NCBI GenBank assembly: GCA_040508275.1
Contig: JBEVNE010000342.1
Coordinates: forward strand, 2,417-66,416
DNA length: 64,000 nt
Source of the DNA: Duganella sp.
GTDB taxonomy: Bacteria; Pseudomonadota; Gammaproteobacteria; Burkholderiales; Burkholderiaceae_D
Direction: 5' to 3'
Shown here: positions 50,367-61,048 of the stretch, in pieces
Layout of the letters: each line of letters starts with the position of its first letter
Position numbering within the stretch: the stretch's first letter is position 1
Translations under genes and position numbers: made by a program
Notes under the pieces: model-generated
What the model was told of the DNA's origin: nothing
What the model saw: the letters and a program-made list of their open reading frames with translations, nothing else
Database searches by the model: none

Positions 50367-52051
50367 GCGCCGCCAAACACACCTCCCGGCGCACCGTCGT
50401 GCTGGGCGCTGCCGGACTGAGCGCCATTCTGGCCGCCGGCGTCGCCTATGCTGCCGGCGCCGACCTCGGACAAGCCACCAAGCAGGCCACCAACTGGACT
50501 GCGATCATCATGTTCGGCGCCTTCGTCGTCTTCACGCTGTGGGTCACCAAGTGGGCCGCCGCCAAGACCAAGTCGGCCTCCGACTTCTACACCGCAGGCG
50601 GCGGCATCACCGGTTTCCAGAACGGTCTGGCGATTGCCGGCGACTTCATGTCGGCCGCGTCCTTCCTCGGTATTTCCGCCGCCGTGTTCCTCAACGGTTA
50701 CGATGGCCTGATCTACGCCATCGGCTTCCTGGTCGGCTGGCCTGTCATCACCTTCCTGATGGCGGAACGCCTGCGCAACCTGGGCCGCTACACGTTTGCC
50801 GACGTTGCCGCCTACCGCTTCGCCCAGAAACCGATCCGCATCTTCGCCGCCTCCGGCACGCTGGTGGTGGTGGCGTTTTACCTGATCGCGCAGATGGTTG
50901 GCGCCGGCCAGCTGATCAAGCTGCTGTTTGGCCTGGAATACTGGATCGCCGTGGTGCTGGTCGGTACGCTGATGATGATTTACGTGCTGTTTGGCGGCAT
51001 GACCGCCACCACCTGGGTGCAGATCATCAAGGCCGTACTGCTGCTCGGCGGCGCGAGCTTCATGGCGATCGCGGTGCTGGCGCAATTTAACTTCAGCCCT
51101 GAAGCACTGTTTGCCAAGTCGGTGGAAGTCCACGCCAACAAGGAAGCGATCATGGGCCCGGGCACCTTCATCAAGGACCCGATCTCGGCGATTTCCTTCG
51201 GCATGGCGCTGATGTTCGGTACCGCCGGCCTGCCGCACATCCTGATGCGCTTCTTCACCGTGCCCAACGCCAAGGAAGCACGCAAATCGGTGCTGTGGGC
51301 CACCACCTGGATCGGCTACTTCTACGTGCTGACCTTCATCATCGGTTTTGGCGCCATCGTCCTGGTCGGCACCAACCCCGAGTTCAAGGATGCTGCCGGC
51401 AAGCTGTTGGGCGGTAACAACATGGCGGCCGTGCACCTGGCCAAAGCCGTCGGCGGCGACGTCTTCCTCGGCTTTATCTCGGCCGTGGCGTTTGCCACCA
51501 TTCTGGCCGTGGTTGCCGGCCTGACGCTGTCGGGCGCTTCGGCGGTATCGCACGACATCTACGCTACCGTGATCAAGAAAGGCCAGGCCAACAGCGTCAG
51601 CGAGCTGAAAGTATCGCGCCTGACCACCATCGCCCTGGGCGTGATTGCTGTTGTGCTCGGTATCGTGTTCGAGAAGCAGAACATCGCCTTCATGGTGTCG
51701 CTGGCCTTCGCCATCGCTGCTTCGGCCAACTTCCCGGTATTGTTCATGTCGGTGTTGTGGAAAGATTGCACCACGCGTGGCGCCACCATTGGCGGCTTCA
51801 TCGGCCTGGGCACGGCGGTGGGACTGACCGTGGTGTCGAAATCGGTGTGGGTGGACGTGTTCGGCAAGGCCGAGCCGCTGTTCCCTTACGCGTCGCCAGC
51901 GATCTTCTCGATGGCGGCAGGCTTCATCGGCATCTGGCTGTTCTCGGTGCTCGACAATGGCCAGCGCGCGCGCATCGACCGCGATGGTTTCGAAGCACAG
52001 CAAGTACGCTCCGAAACCGGCATCGGCGCCGCTGGCGCCAGCGGCCACTGA
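50363..52051 (+). CDS. actP: Cation/acetate symporter (SSS family)
   Basis: [66 protein letters not shown]. Confidence 0.94.
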   Translation: MSAAKHTSRRTVVLGAAGLSAILAAGVAYAAGADLGQATKQATNWTAIIMFGAFVVFTLWVTKWAAAKTKSASDFYTAGGGITGFQNGLAIAGDFMSAASFLGISAAVFLNGYDGLIYAIGFLVGWPVITFLMAERLRNLGRYTFADVAAYRFAQKPIRIFAASGTLVVVAFYLIAQMVGAGQLIKLLFGLEYWIAVVLVGTLMMIYVLFGGMTATTWVQIIKAVLLLGGASFMAIAVLAQFNFSPEALFAKSVEVHANKEAIMGPGTFIKDPISAISFGMALMFGTAGLPHILMRFFTVPNAKEARKSVLWATTWIGYFYVLTFIIGFGAIVLVGTNPEFKDAAGKLLGGNNMAAVHLAKAVGGDVFLGFISAVAFATILAVVAGLTLSGASAVSHDIYATVIKKGQANSVSELKVSRLTTIALGVIAVVLGIVFEKQNIAFMVSLAFAIAASANFPVLFMSVLWKDCTTRGATIGGFIGLGTAVGLTVVSKSVWVDVFGKAEPLFPYASPAIFSMAAGFIGIWLFSVLDNGQRARIDRDGFEAQQVRSETGIGAAGASGH

Positions 52052-52052
52052 T

Positions 52053-52173
52053 GGAAACCTCGATAAACCTACTGCGCGGTCCGTTATCGCCGCTGCGTTG
52101 CTCAGCGTACCTCCGTACGCTTGCGCTACTCCCGACGACAACGAACCGCTCGCTACGGTTTCTCGAGATTCCC
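52053..52173. repeat. ~120-bp imperfect palindromic (MITE/REP-like) intergenic element
   Basis: Left arm GGAAACCTCGATAAACCTACTGCGCGGTCCGTTATCG versus reverse complement of the right arm GGGAATCTCGAGAAACCGTAGCGAGCGGTTCGTTGTCG; internal perfect hairpin AGCGTAC-CTCC-GTACGCT; followed by TA. Confidence 0.75.
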
Positions 52174-52178
52174 TAAAA

Positions 52179-52210
52179 ACAATGCCCGGTTCGCCGGGCA
52201 TTGTCATTTT
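52179..52210 (+). terminator. Intrinsic terminator of the yjcH-actP operon
   Basis: ACAATGCCCGG-TTCG-CCGGGCATTGT-CATTTT. Confidence 0.8.
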
Positions 52211-52331
52211 TGAGCGTCCCCGGGCTTACAAACTCACGCAAACTCACCCAAGCTGTGCAATGTGGTTTAACATGCATCAACTATAATGATAAGTTGTCAT
52301 GTTTGATTTTAAAAGTTTCTAGGGTGCAAGG

Positions 52332-54491
52332 GTGGGGAAAACACACGGTGTAAGGGATGATGATCGCGTTGGAGCTGGGCTGGCGCTGATCGGCGTGCCA
52401 GCCTGCGCTTACGGCGCCGACGGTGTGGTGATGGCGGCCAATGCCGAGTTGATTGCTTTGCTGCAGCGCGATCCCTGCGGCTACCAGGTGGACAAGCTGT
52501 TCACCTTGCACGTGCGTGAAGCCAGTGCTGCGCACCTGGCAACAGCCGTGCCCGGCGAACGCTGGGATACCTATCTGACGCCGGCCAACGGCCATTATTT
52601 CCCCGTGCAGGCCTGGGTCAAGCCATTGCCGCCGGAAGCGCAGGTGGCCGGCTTTACCATCGTCTTCAACGATATCAGCGATGTGCGCCGCGACCAGCGC
52701 GCGCTGAGGAATGCCTTGCTGGAAAACCAGGCGATACTCGACAGCGCGGTGCTCGGTATCTCGGTGGTGGAAAATGGCCGCAACCTCCATTGCAACGCCA
52801 AGATGGAAGAAATGTTCGGCTATCCACCAGGTGGCATGAACCAGCTCAGCGTGCAGGCATTTTATGCCAGTCGCGCCGCCTGGCAGGATGCTCGTACTGA
52901 AACCGCACGCGATTTTGCCGCAGGCCGCATCAACGTTTCGGAATACCAGCTGGTGCGCAAGGATGGCAGCAGTTTCTGGGCGCGGCTGTCAGGCCGTCCG
53001 TTCGATCTGTCGCAGCCGCAGGGACGCTCGGTATGGCTAGTGGACGATATTACCGCCCGCCGCGAAGCTGCCGAAGCGGTGAGCCGTGCGCGCGACGAGC
53101 TGGAACTGCGGGTGCTCGAGCGCACCGCCGAGCTGGCCGGCGCCAATGCCTTGCTGCAGGGGGAAATCGTCGAACGGCGCCAGGCCGAAGCGCGCGTGCA
53201 CCACATGGCCTATCACGACAGCCTGACCGGCCTGCCCAACCGCGCCCTGCTGTCCGAGCGCCTGGACCGCGCCATGTTGCTGGCCCAGCGCTCGCTGCGC
53301 CAGCTGGCGGTAATGTTCATCGATCTGGACCGCTTCAAGTCCATCAACGATACGCTGGGCCACATGACGGGCGACCAGCTGCTCAAGGAAGTGGCCAACC
53401 GCCTGTGCTGCGCCGTGCGCGCCAGCGATACCGTGGCGCGCCTGGGCGGCGATGAATTCGTCGTGCTGTTGCCGGGCATCGACAATATCGAGGAATCGAA
53501 CGCCGTGGCCGAACAGATCATCGAAGCGCTGGCCGTGAGCTTTCCGCTGGCGGGGCGCCATTTGCACATCACGCCTTCGATCGGGATTTGCCTGTACCCG
53601 CACGACGGCAGCGACGTGGCCACGCTGATGCGCAATGCCGATACCGCCATGTACCACGCCAAGGCCAGCGGCAGAAACAATTACCAGTATTTCAAGCAGG
53701 TGATGAACCAGACGGCGGCGCAGCATTTCGAGCTGGAGACCAACCTGCGCAGCGCGCTGGCGCAAGACCAGTTTGCGCTGTACTTCCAGCCCATCATGGA
53801 TATCGGCACGCGCCGCCTGCATGCGATGGAGGTGCTGCTGCGCTGGCGCCGTGGCGGCGAAATCATTGGCATGCCCGACAGCTTCATTCCCATCATTGAG
53901 GAAAACGGCATGATCGTGCCGATCGGTGAATGGGTGATCCGCCAGGCTTGCGAACAGAGCATGGCCTGGTTGCGTGCCGGCTTTATGCCGGTGCCACTGG
54001 CGGTCAACCTGTCGGCACGCCAGTTCATGCATGGCGGGCTGGTGGAGTCGGTGCGCCGCATACTTGACGAAACCGGCATCGACCCGGCGCTGCTGGAATT
54101 TGAAATCACCGAAACGGCGCTGATGCAGCACGGCGAGCACACGCTCGACATCCTCGGACAGATCAACGCCATGGGCATCCGCCTGTCGATCGACGATTTC
54201 GGCACCGGCTATTCCAGCCTCGCTTACCTCAAGCGTTTTCCCGTCAAAAAAATCAAGATCGACCGCGCCTTCATCAAGGACTTGCCGGGCAGCGCCGAGG
54301 ACCGCGCCATCGTCGCCGCCATCATTGCGCTGTCGGATAGTCTGCAATTGTCGGTGGTGGCCGAGGGCGTGGAAACCGAAGGGCAGTACGCGCTATTGCA
54401 GCGCAATGGCTGCCAGTATGCTCAGGGTTTTCTGTTTTCCGAACCGGCGCCGCACCAGACCGCCAGCCTGCTGCTGCCGCGCATGCTGTAG
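52332..54491 (+). CDS. PAS-PAS-GGDEF-EAL c-di-GMP cyclase/phosphodiesterase
   Basis: RKDGSSFW PAC; HDSLTGLPNR; RASD I-site and GGDEF intact; EVLLRW, AVNLS, EITE, DDFGTGYSSL, KIDR, AEGVE, QGFLFS. Start uncertain. Confidence 0.93.
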   Translation: MGKTHGVRDDDRVGAGLALIGVPACAYGADGVVMAANAELIALLQRDPCGYQVDKLFTLHVREASAAHLATAVPGERWDTYLTPANGHYFPVQAWVKPLPPEAQVAGFTIVFNDISDVRRDQRALRNALLENQAILDSAVLGISVVENGRNLHCNAKMEEMFGYPPGGMNQLSVQAFYASRAAWQDARTETARDFAAGRINVSEYQLVRKDGSSFWARLSGRPFDLSQPQGRSVWLVDDITARREAAEAVSRARDELELRVLERTAELAGANALLQGEIVERRQAEARVHHMAYHDSLTGLPNRALLSERLDRAMLLAQRSLRQLAVMFIDLDRFKSINDTLGHMTGDQLLKEVANRLCCAVRASDTVARLGGDEFVVLLPGIDNIEESNAVAEQIIEALAVSFPLAGRHLHITPSIGICLYPHDGSDVATLMRNADTAMYHAKASGRNNYQYFKQVMNQTAAQHFELETNLRSALAQDQFALYFQPIMDIGTRRLHAMEVLLRWRRGGEIIGMPDSFIPIIEENGMIVPIGEWVIRQACEQSMAWLRAGFMPVPLAVNLSARQFMHGGLVESVRRILDETGIDPALLEFEITETALMQHGEHTLDILGQINAMGIRLSIDDFGTGYSSLAYLKRFPVKKIKIDRAFIKDLPGSAEDRAIVAAIIALSDSLQLSVVAEGVETEGQYALLQRNGCQYAQGFLFSEPAPHQTASLLLPRML

Positions 54492-54496
54492 CTGGC

Positions 54497-55261
54497 TTAG
54501 CCGATGGTGGCGATTACCGGCGTGTGATCGGACGGCTGCTCCCACTTGCGCGGCGTGCGGTCGATCACGCAGGCGCTGCAGCGCTGTGCCAGCGCCGGCG
54601 ACAGCAGGATATGGTCGATGCGCAAGCCTTTGTTCAGGCGGAAGCCCAGGCCACGGTAATCCCACCAGCTATACGATTTATCGGCCTGCTCGAACAGGCG
54701 AAACGCGTCGGCCAGGCCGATATCGAGCAGGCGGCGCAGGGCGGCGCGTTCCGGCTCTGACACATGCACCATGCCTTCCCACGCGGCGGGGTCGTGGACG
54801 TCGCGGTCTTCCGGCGCGATATTGTAGTCGCCCACCACCGCCAGCTCAGGGTATTGCGCCGCCTGCTGGGAAATCCAGGTATGGAAGGCATCGAGCCAGG
54901 CCATTTTGTATGCGTATTTATCGGACCCTACGCTTTGGCCATTGGGCACGTAGGCGCACACCACCCGCATGCCACCGATGGTGGCGGCAAGAATGCGCTG
55001 TTGCGGGTCGTCGAACAGGGGATTGTTTTTGACCACATCCTCAATTGGCAGTTTGGAGATGATCGCCACGCCGTTATAGGTTTTTTGTCCCGTATACGCC
55101 ACATGGTAGCCGGCAGCTTCGAGTTGAGCGACCGGAAACTTGTCGTCAGTTAATTTTGTTTCTTGGATGCAGAGTACATCAACCGGATGCTGCTCCAGCC
55201 ACTGCATAACGTGCGGCAGTCTTACGTTCAGTGAGTTAACATTCCATGTAGCTAAATTCAT
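54497..55261 (-). CDS. xth: Exodeoxyribonuclease III
   Basis: ATWNVNS, CIQETK, YNGVAI, YVPNG, GDYNIAP, SWWDYR, GLRIDHIL, SDHTPV. Confidence 0.96.
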   Translation of the reverse strand: MNLATWNVNSLNVRLPHVMQWLEQHPVDVLCIQETKLTDDKFPVAQLEAAGYHVAYTGQKTYNGVAIISKLPIEDVVKNNPLFDDPQQRILAATIGGMRVVCAYVPNGQSVGSDKYAYKMAWLDAFHTWISQQAAQYPELAVVGDYNIAPEDRDVHDPAAWEGMVHVSEPERAALRRLLDIGLADAFRLFEQADKSYSWWDYRGLGFRLNKGLRIDHILLSPALAQRCSACVIDRTPRKWEQPSDHTPVIATIG

Positions 55262-55691
55262 CAGAAATCCATGTCCTTGTGCGGTGATGAGGGGCGACTA
55301 TCCCTTTAAAAGCAGCATCTTACCGCAAGCGGATTTAACAGATGGGCTTGTTTGTTATTTGCCAGTTCAGCGATTTTTACATAAAAAACATGAAAAACAC
55401 TTTCGCAAGTGGCGCTGCAACGCCTAGAATGTTGCGAAAATTGTGAAATGTTACAAAAATTGCTGATTCTGTCTTTTGGTTATCAAAAATGAATTTCAAG
55501 CGAGACAGAATAGCGAAATAGAAATATACTGTCATACATGAGCGGAAAACTAGTGTTTCCAAAAAGCAACCACGATCAGGCAAAAATCCAGTATATTGTT
55601 TATTGATTCATAGAAATAAATGGTACTATTGGGTAATAACTTGTAGTTTTAACCGTGAATCGCGCCTGGCGCATTTACAAAGGAATTAAAA

Positions 55692-56111
55692 ATGCGAGCT
55701 GCATTTGAGGCATGGGCACAACGCGACGGACACATTGTTCGCCGCCGTGAAGACAAACCGGAAGAGTATCTGGTTTTTGAAACGCAACGCCGCTGGGTGA
55801 TCTGGCAGGCCGCGCTGGAACATGGCAAACAGCCGGGCGGTCGCAAGACCGCTGCGCAAAAAGAGGCAGCCGCGGCCGACAAGCGCGCCGCCGAGGCTTT
55901 GCAGCGCGCCCCGGCCGTGAGCCAGGACGAGGCAGCAGTGCGCAACCAGGTGCTCAACGAGGTGCTCGATGCATTCTCGTCGCTGGGTGGACAGGGTGGC
56001 ATGGACGATATTCTGAAAGTCGTGAATGGCTTGAAGAAAAAGCAGCAGGAACAAGTGGAAGAACGTGCGCCGCTGTCCGCTGCCAGGTCGCCGCTGCGCC
56101 AGAACGCCTGA
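55692..56111 (+). CDS. Hypothetical protein with phage-like motifs
   Basis: Strong RBS (AAGGA-ATTAAA-ATG), host-like codons, charged helical protein; RAAFEAW...Y...TQRRWVIWQAA. Confidence 0.65.
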   Translation: MRAAFEAWAQRDGHIVRRREDKPEEYLVFETQRRWVIWQAALEHGKQPGGRKTAAQKEAAAADKRAAEALQRAPAVSQDEAAVRNQVLNEVLDAFSSLGGQGGMDDILKVVNGLKKKQQEQVEERAPLSAARSPLRQNA

Positions 56112-56235
56112 TCCGGCTGTGTCGGCGGTTTGTGGTCAATGGCGTGAAAGTGCAAGGCTTTACGCCCCTTGATCGAGCGAATCAATCCGCCGGCGGCTTG
56201 CTACACTGTTGCGGTATAGACTACCGAGACAGACC

Positions 56236-56685
56236 ATGTACTTCCGCCCCGTTGTTGCGGTCGCCGCACTGCTGGCCATGCTGGCAGGCGCGGGCTGCGC
56301 GTCCCTGAATGAATCCACTCAGCAGACCGTGCTGGTGCAAACCGTGCTCGACCATCGCGAGGTGGCCGGTGTCGGTTGCTTGCTGTATAACGATGCGGGT
56401 AAATGGTTCGTCACCACGCCGGGGCGCGTGACCCTGCGCAAGAGCGCGGAGCCGCTGCGCATCGATTGCCGGAAGGAGGGTGCCGGCTGGGCCTATGAAC
56501 GCATCGACCCCAAAGCCAATGGCAATCTGTGGGGCAACCTGATGCTGACCGCCGGCGTTGGCTACCTGATCGACCGCAACACCGGCGCCGGCTACGATTT
56601 CCCTGCAACGCTGACCGTGATCATGCACCACGCCCAGGAACGCGACGAACTGCCGCCGCCTTCGCCGGGTGTGACGTTGTATTGA
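56236..56685 (+). CDS. Hypothetical lipoprotein
   Basis: Hydrophobic signal ending GAGC; GVGCLLYND.GKW.VTTPG.V...LRIDCRK; WGNL...GY.IDRNTGAGYDFP. Confidence 0.75.
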   Translation: MYFRPVVAVAALLAMLAGAGCASLNESTQQTVLVQTVLDHREVAGVGCLLYNDAGKWFVTTPGRVTLRKSAEPLRIDCRKEGAGWAYERIDPKANGNLWGNLMLTAGVGYLIDRNTGAGYDFPATLTVIMHHAQERDELPPPSPGVTLY

Positions 56686-56700
56686 TCCCGGCAAGCTCGC

Positions 56701-58206
56701 TTACACGCGGTTGATCAGGAAATTTGCCAGCAAAGGCACCGGACGGCCGGTCGCACCCTTGGCGCCGCCCGATTTCCATGCCGTGCCAGCGATGTCCAGG
56801 TGGGCCCAGGTGTATTTGCGGGTAAAGTTTTCCAGGAACGCCGCCGCCGTGCACGAAGCGCCGCCCGGCGAGCCGATATTGGCCAGGTCGGCAAAGTTGG
56901 ACTTCAGCTGCTCGTTGTATTCTTCGCCGATCGGCAGGCGCCAGGCGGTGTCGCTGGCGGCTTTGCCGGCGGCGGTGATTTCGTCGGCCAGTGCGTTGTG
57001 GGCGGCGTCGTCACGGGTAAACAGGCCGCTCTTGTGGTGGCCGATGGCGACGATGCAGGCGCCGGTCAGGGTGGCGATATCGATCACGGCGGCCGGGTTG
57101 AAGCGCTCGGCGTAGGTCAGGGCATCGCACAGCACCAGGCGGCCTTCGGCGTCGGTGTTGAGGATTTCGATGGTCAGGCCGTTCATCGAGGTGACGATGT
57201 CGCCTGGCTTGGTGGCGCGGCCGGACGGCATGTTTTCGCAGCTGGCGATCACGCCGATCACGTTGAGCTTGAGGTTCATTTCGCCGATGGCGCGCATGGT
57301 GCCCAGCACCGAGGCGGCGCCGCCCATGTCGTACTTCATTTCATCCATGCCGGGGCCAGCCTTGAGCGAAATGCCGCCGGTGTCGAAGGTGATGCCTTTA
57401 CCGACCAGCACCACCGGCGCATCCTTGGCCTTGCCGCCCATGTGCTTGATGATGATGAATTTCGGTGGCTGCTCGCTGCCGTTGGTGACCGACAGGAAGC
57501 TGTTCATCTTCAGTGCTTCGAGCTGTTTGCGGTCCAGTACTTCCACCTCGAACTGGTAATCCTTGCCCAGTTTTTTGGCGGTGTTGGCCAAATAGGTCGG
57601 GGTGCAGATGTTGGCCGACAGATTGCCCAGTTCCTTGGTCAGGTCCATGCCGTTGGCAATTGCCACCGCCTGGGCCAGCGCCAGCTTGGTGGCGGCGGTG
57701 TTGGGCACGGCCAGGGCGATTTTTTTCACGCCTGCCGGCGCCGGATCTTTTTTGCTCTTCTGGCCATCGGTGCGGAACACCGCTTCATGGCCGGCCTGCA
57801 CCACGCAGCGGATGGCCCAATTGACGTCGCGCTCTTTCACTTCGGTCATCGGCAATGCGATAATAGCGTCGCTCGCGCCCAGGGTGGCAAAAACCTTGAG
57901 GGCGGCAGTCACGCCGCTGGCAAAACTTTTTTCGCTCACGCCGCCGTTTGCGCCTTCGTCGCTGCCCAGGCCTACCAGCAGCACGCGTTCGGCGCTGACG
58001 CCCGCAACGCCGCGCAGCAGCAGGGTGGTGCCGGCTTTGCCGGTGATGTCGCCGGATTTGAGCGCAGCCGAAATATCACCGGAGCCGTCGAGTGCCTTGG
58101 CAGCTTGCGACAGCTTTTTGTTCTCGAAGACCGCGACGGCGACAACGCCGGTTTTGGCCGAGGTAATGGTGTTCTTGGTGTCGAATGCTTTTATGCTAAA
58201 GTCCAT
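56701..58206 (-). CDS. pepA: Leucyl aminopeptidase (M17)
   Basis: [43 protein letters not shown]; divergent from lptF. Confidence 0.96.
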   Translation of the reverse strand: MDFSIKAFDTKNTITSAKTGVVAVAVFENKKLSQAAKALDGSGDISAALKSGDITGKAGTTLLLRGVAGVSAERVLLVGLGSDEGANGGVSEKSFASGVTAALKVFATLGASDAIIALPMTEVKERDVNWAIRCVVQAGHEAVFRTDGQKSKKDPAPAGVKKIALAVPNTAATKLALAQAVAIANGMDLTKELGNLSANICTPTYLANTAKKLGKDYQFEVEVLDRKQLEALKMNSFLSVTNGSEQPPKFIIIKHMGGKAKDAPVVLVGKGITFDTGGISLKAGPGMDEMKYDMGGAASVLGTMRAIGEMNLKLNVIGVIASCENMPSGRATKPGDIVTSMNGLTIEILNTDAEGRLVLCDALTYAERFNPAAVIDIATLTGACIVAIGHHKSGLFTRDDAAHNALADEITAAGKAASDTAWRLPIGEEYNEQLKSNFADLANIGSPGGASCTAAAFLENFTRKYTWAHLDIAGTAWKSGGAKGATGRPVPLLANFLINRV

Positions 58207-58271
58207 TGGATTCTCCGTGACGTGTACGAATTGTCAGCCCTGCGGCCTGTTTGGCCGGGCTGCGGTGTAAG

Positions 58272-58313
58272 TTTTGGCCTTAAATTTTTGGCCCTAATTT
58301 TTTGGCCCGATAA
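58272..58313. repeat. Three 14-bp direct repeats in the pepA-lptF intergenic region
   Basis: TTTTGGCCTTAAAT / TTTTGGCCCTAATT / TTTTGGCCCGATAA starting at 58272, 58286 and 58300. Confidence 0.7.
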
Positions 58314-58342
58314 CGAGCCTAACTATCAATTATAGCTTTCGA

Positions 58343-59482
58343 ATGATTTTTCAACGCGCTCTTCGACGTGAAATGGCCATGGCAGCCGGCGCCAGCTTCA
58401 CGGTGCTGTTCAGCGTCTGCGTCACCTGGACCCTGATCCGTATCCTCGGCAATGCCGCCGGCGGCAAGGTGGCCTCGGGCGACGTGCTGGCGCTGATCCT
58501 GTTCGCCACCGTAAATTATCTGCCCACGCTGCTCATGCTCACCAGTTTTATTTCGGTGCTGATGGTGGTAACCCGCAGCTATCGCGATTCCGAAATGGTG
58601 GTGTGGTTCGCGTCGGGCCTGAGCCTCACACGCTGGCTCTCACCGGTGCTGTCGTTTGGTATTCCAATGATGCTGCTGACGGCTGCGCTGAGCTTTGTCG
58701 CGGCGCCGTGGGCCAAGCAAAAGAGCGAGCAATACGTCGAACGCTTCAGCAAGCGCGAAGACCTGCAAAAAGTCTCGCCCGGCCAGTTCCGCGAATCGAC
58801 CTCGGCCAACCGCATCTTTTTCGTCGAAGGCGTGGCCGGCGATGCCTCGGTGGTGCAGAATGTATTCGTCAATACCCAGGACAGCCGCGGCACCGCCGTC
58901 ATCGTCGCGCGCGAAGGCGTGATCACCACCGGCGACAAGGGCGAGCGTTACCTGGTGCTCAAAAACGGCCGCCGCTACCAGGGCATGCCGGGCCAGTCCG
59001 ACTTCCAGACCATGGAGTTCGAAACCTACAGCATGCGCGTGACCAGCCAGGCGCAGGAGCTCGATACCAGCAACGATAGCGATACCAAACCGACCGCAGA
59101 GCTGCTCAGCGATACATCGACCCCGGGTCGCGCCGAACTGCTGTCGCGCATAGCCTCGCCGCTCACCTGTTTGCTGCTGGTGCTGCTGGCGGTGCCGCTG
59201 GGCTTTGTTAATCCGCGCGCCGGCAGTTCCGCCAACCTGATCATCGCGCTGCTGCTGTTCTTCTCGTACACCAATCTGCTCAAGACGGTTGAAGCGGCCG
59301 TACGCAAGGGCCAGGTCTCGTTTGCGCTCGGCTGGTGGCCGTTGCACCTGCTGACCGCGCTGATTATCCTGGCCATGTTCATCTGGCGCCTGAACCTGAA
59401 CCACCCCTACCATCCGCTGGCCCTGCTGGCGGCGATGAAACGCTCGCGCAATGGCGCCGACAAGAAAGCCGTCTCGCCATGA
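58343..59482 (+). CDS. lptF: LPS export ABC transporter permease LptF
   Basis: MIFQRALRRE, RSYRDSEMVVWFASGLS, PGQFRES, LVLKNGRRY, NPRAG. Confidence 0.94.
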   Translation: MIFQRALRREMAMAAGASFTVLFSVCVTWTLIRILGNAAGGKVASGDVLALILFATVNYLPTLLMLTSFISVLMVVTRSYRDSEMVVWFASGLSLTRWLSPVLSFGIPMMLLTAALSFVAAPWAKQKSEQYVERFSKREDLQKVSPGQFRESTSANRIFFVEGVAGDASVVQNVFVNTQDSRGTAVIVAREGVITTGDKGERYLVLKNGRRYQGMPGQSDFQTMEFETYSMRVTSQAQELDTSNDSDTKPTAELLSDTSTPGRAELLSRIASPLTCLLLVLLAVPLGFVNPRAGSSANLIIALLLFFSYTNLLKTVEAAVRKGQVSFALGWWPLHLLTALIILAMFIWRLNLNHPYHPLALLAAMKRSRNGADKKAVSP

Positions 59483-60648
59483 AGATCCTGCAACGCTATT
59501 TTGCTGTCTCGATTCTGCAGGCGGTGGCTTTTGTGCTGGTCGCCTTCCTGCTGCTGCAGGCATTTCTGGACCTGACCGGCGAACTGCCCTCGGTCGGCAA
59601 GAACGGCTATACCTTCCAGTATGCGCTGCTGTACGTGGCGGCCCGCGTGCCGGGCTATGTGTACCGGGTGATGCCGGTGGCGTCGCTGATCGGCACCATT
59701 TACATCATGGCGCAATTTGCCTCGACGTCGGAATTTACCATCATGCGCGCCGCTTCCATGACTACCGGCATGGTGGGCTGGATGCTGGCCAAGATCGGCC
59801 TGGTACTGGTGATTATCACCTTTATTTTCGGTGAACTGATCACGCCGCGCATCGCTCCGATCGCCGACAAGATCAAGCTCAATTCGCGCGGAGCGGCGAT
59901 TTCGTCGGAGTTCCGTTCCGGCCTCTGGACCAAGGATATCGTCAAGACCGACGGCATGAGCGGCGACGTGACGGGCTCGCGCTTTTTCAATGTGCGCGAA
60001 GTGCGCCCGGATGGTACGCTGCTGGATGTGAAACTCTACGAGTTCGATAACAGCTTCCGCATGCGCTCGATCACTGCGGCCAAGACCGGCACCTTCCAGG
60101 GCCGTAACAACTGGCTGCTGTCCGATGTCACGGAAAACATCTTTACCAATCCGGCGCTGCTGGAACCTGGCATGGTGGCCAATCTGGAAAACAACTTTGC
60201 CCAGAAAACCGGCCTGATCGAAACCCGCCACAGCGCCAGCAAAATCCTGATTTCCGAGATCACGCCAAAAATCCTGTCGGTGTCGGGCGCCGACCCGGAC
60301 CGCATGTCAGCCAACGAACTGCTCACCTACACCCGCCACCTGCAGGAGAACAAGCAGGAGACCGAGCGCTACAAGATCGCCTTCTGGAAAAAGCTGTTCG
60401 ACCCGCTGGCGATTTTCGTGCTGATGGCAATGGCGCTGCCGTTCGGCTATCTGCACACGCGTAGCGGCGGTGTCAGCCTGAAGATTTTTGTCGGCATCAT
60501 GATCGGCGTGAGCTTCCTGCTGGTTAATACCTTGTTCTCGCACCTGGGCTTGCTCAGTACCTGGCCGGCGGTATTGACCGCAGTGGCCCCGAGTTTGTTA
60601 TACCTGCTGCTGGCGATAGGCGCCCTGTGGTGGGTGGAAAGACACTAG
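59479..60648 (+). CDS. lptG: LPS export ABC transporter permease LptG
   Basis: MKILQRY, SEFTIMRAA, GLWTKD, PDRMS, AFWKKL, RSGG...KIFVGIMIG; ATGA overlap with lptF. Confidence 0.94.
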   Translation: MKILQRYFAVSILQAVAFVLVAFLLLQAFLDLTGELPSVGKNGYTFQYALLYVAARVPGYVYRVMPVASLIGTIYIMAQFASTSEFTIMRAASMTTGMVGWMLAKIGLVLVIITFIFGELITPRIAPIADKIKLNSRGAAISSEFRSGLWTKDIVKTDGMSGDVTGSRFFNVREVRPDGTLLDVKLYEFDNSFRMRSITAAKTGTFQGRNNWLLSDVTENIFTNPALLEPGMVANLENNFAQKTGLIETRHSASKILISEITPKILSVSGADPDRMSANELLTYTRHLQENKQETERYKIAFWKKLFDPLAIFVLMAMALPFGYLHTRSGGVSLKIFVGIMIGVSFLLVNTLFSHLGLLSTWPAVLTAVAPSLLYLLLAIGALWWVERH

Positions 60649-61014
60649 ATGACCCAAGCATTGATCCTGTTCGCCCACGGCGCCCGCGCCGCTTCCTGGG
60701 CCGCCCCCTTCGAGCGCCTGCGTGAACTGACGCGCGCGCGCCGCCCTGACGTCCGCGTCGAGCTGGCGTTCCTGGAGCTGATGGACCCTCGGCTGCCCGA
60801 GCTGGTGGCGTCATTGTCCGCGCAGGCAATCACCAAGGTTACCGTGGTGCCGGTATTTCTGGGGCAGGGTGGGCATGTACTGCGCGACCTGCCGCTGATG
60901 GTCGATCAGCTGCGTGCCGATTATCCGCAGATTGAATTCAAGGTCAGCGGCGCCGCCGGCGAAGATGCGGCGGTGCTCAATGCCTTGTGCGATTACTGCG
61001 TGAGCAGCCTGTAA
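60649..61014 (+). CDS. CbiX/SirB-family sirohydrochlorin chelatase (short form)
   Basis: LILFAHGAR, LAFLELMDP, VVPVFLGQGGHVLRDLP. Confidence 0.88.
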   Translation: MTQALILFAHGARAASWAAPFERLRELTRARRPDVRVELAFLELMDPRLPELVASLSAQAITKVTVVPVFLGQGGHVLRDLPLMVDQLRADYPQIEFKVSGAAGEDAAVLNALCDYCVSSL

Positions 61015-61048
61015 CGGATCCGCTTTAAGGGCTTAAGGCGCGAGCAAC

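Noticed and set aside
55380-55690. c-di-GMP riboswitch or other known ncRNA in the AT-rich region
   Set aside because: No GGCAAAC...GAAA...GACGCAAAGC core or convincing stems seen; an Rfam/Infernal scan would be decisive.
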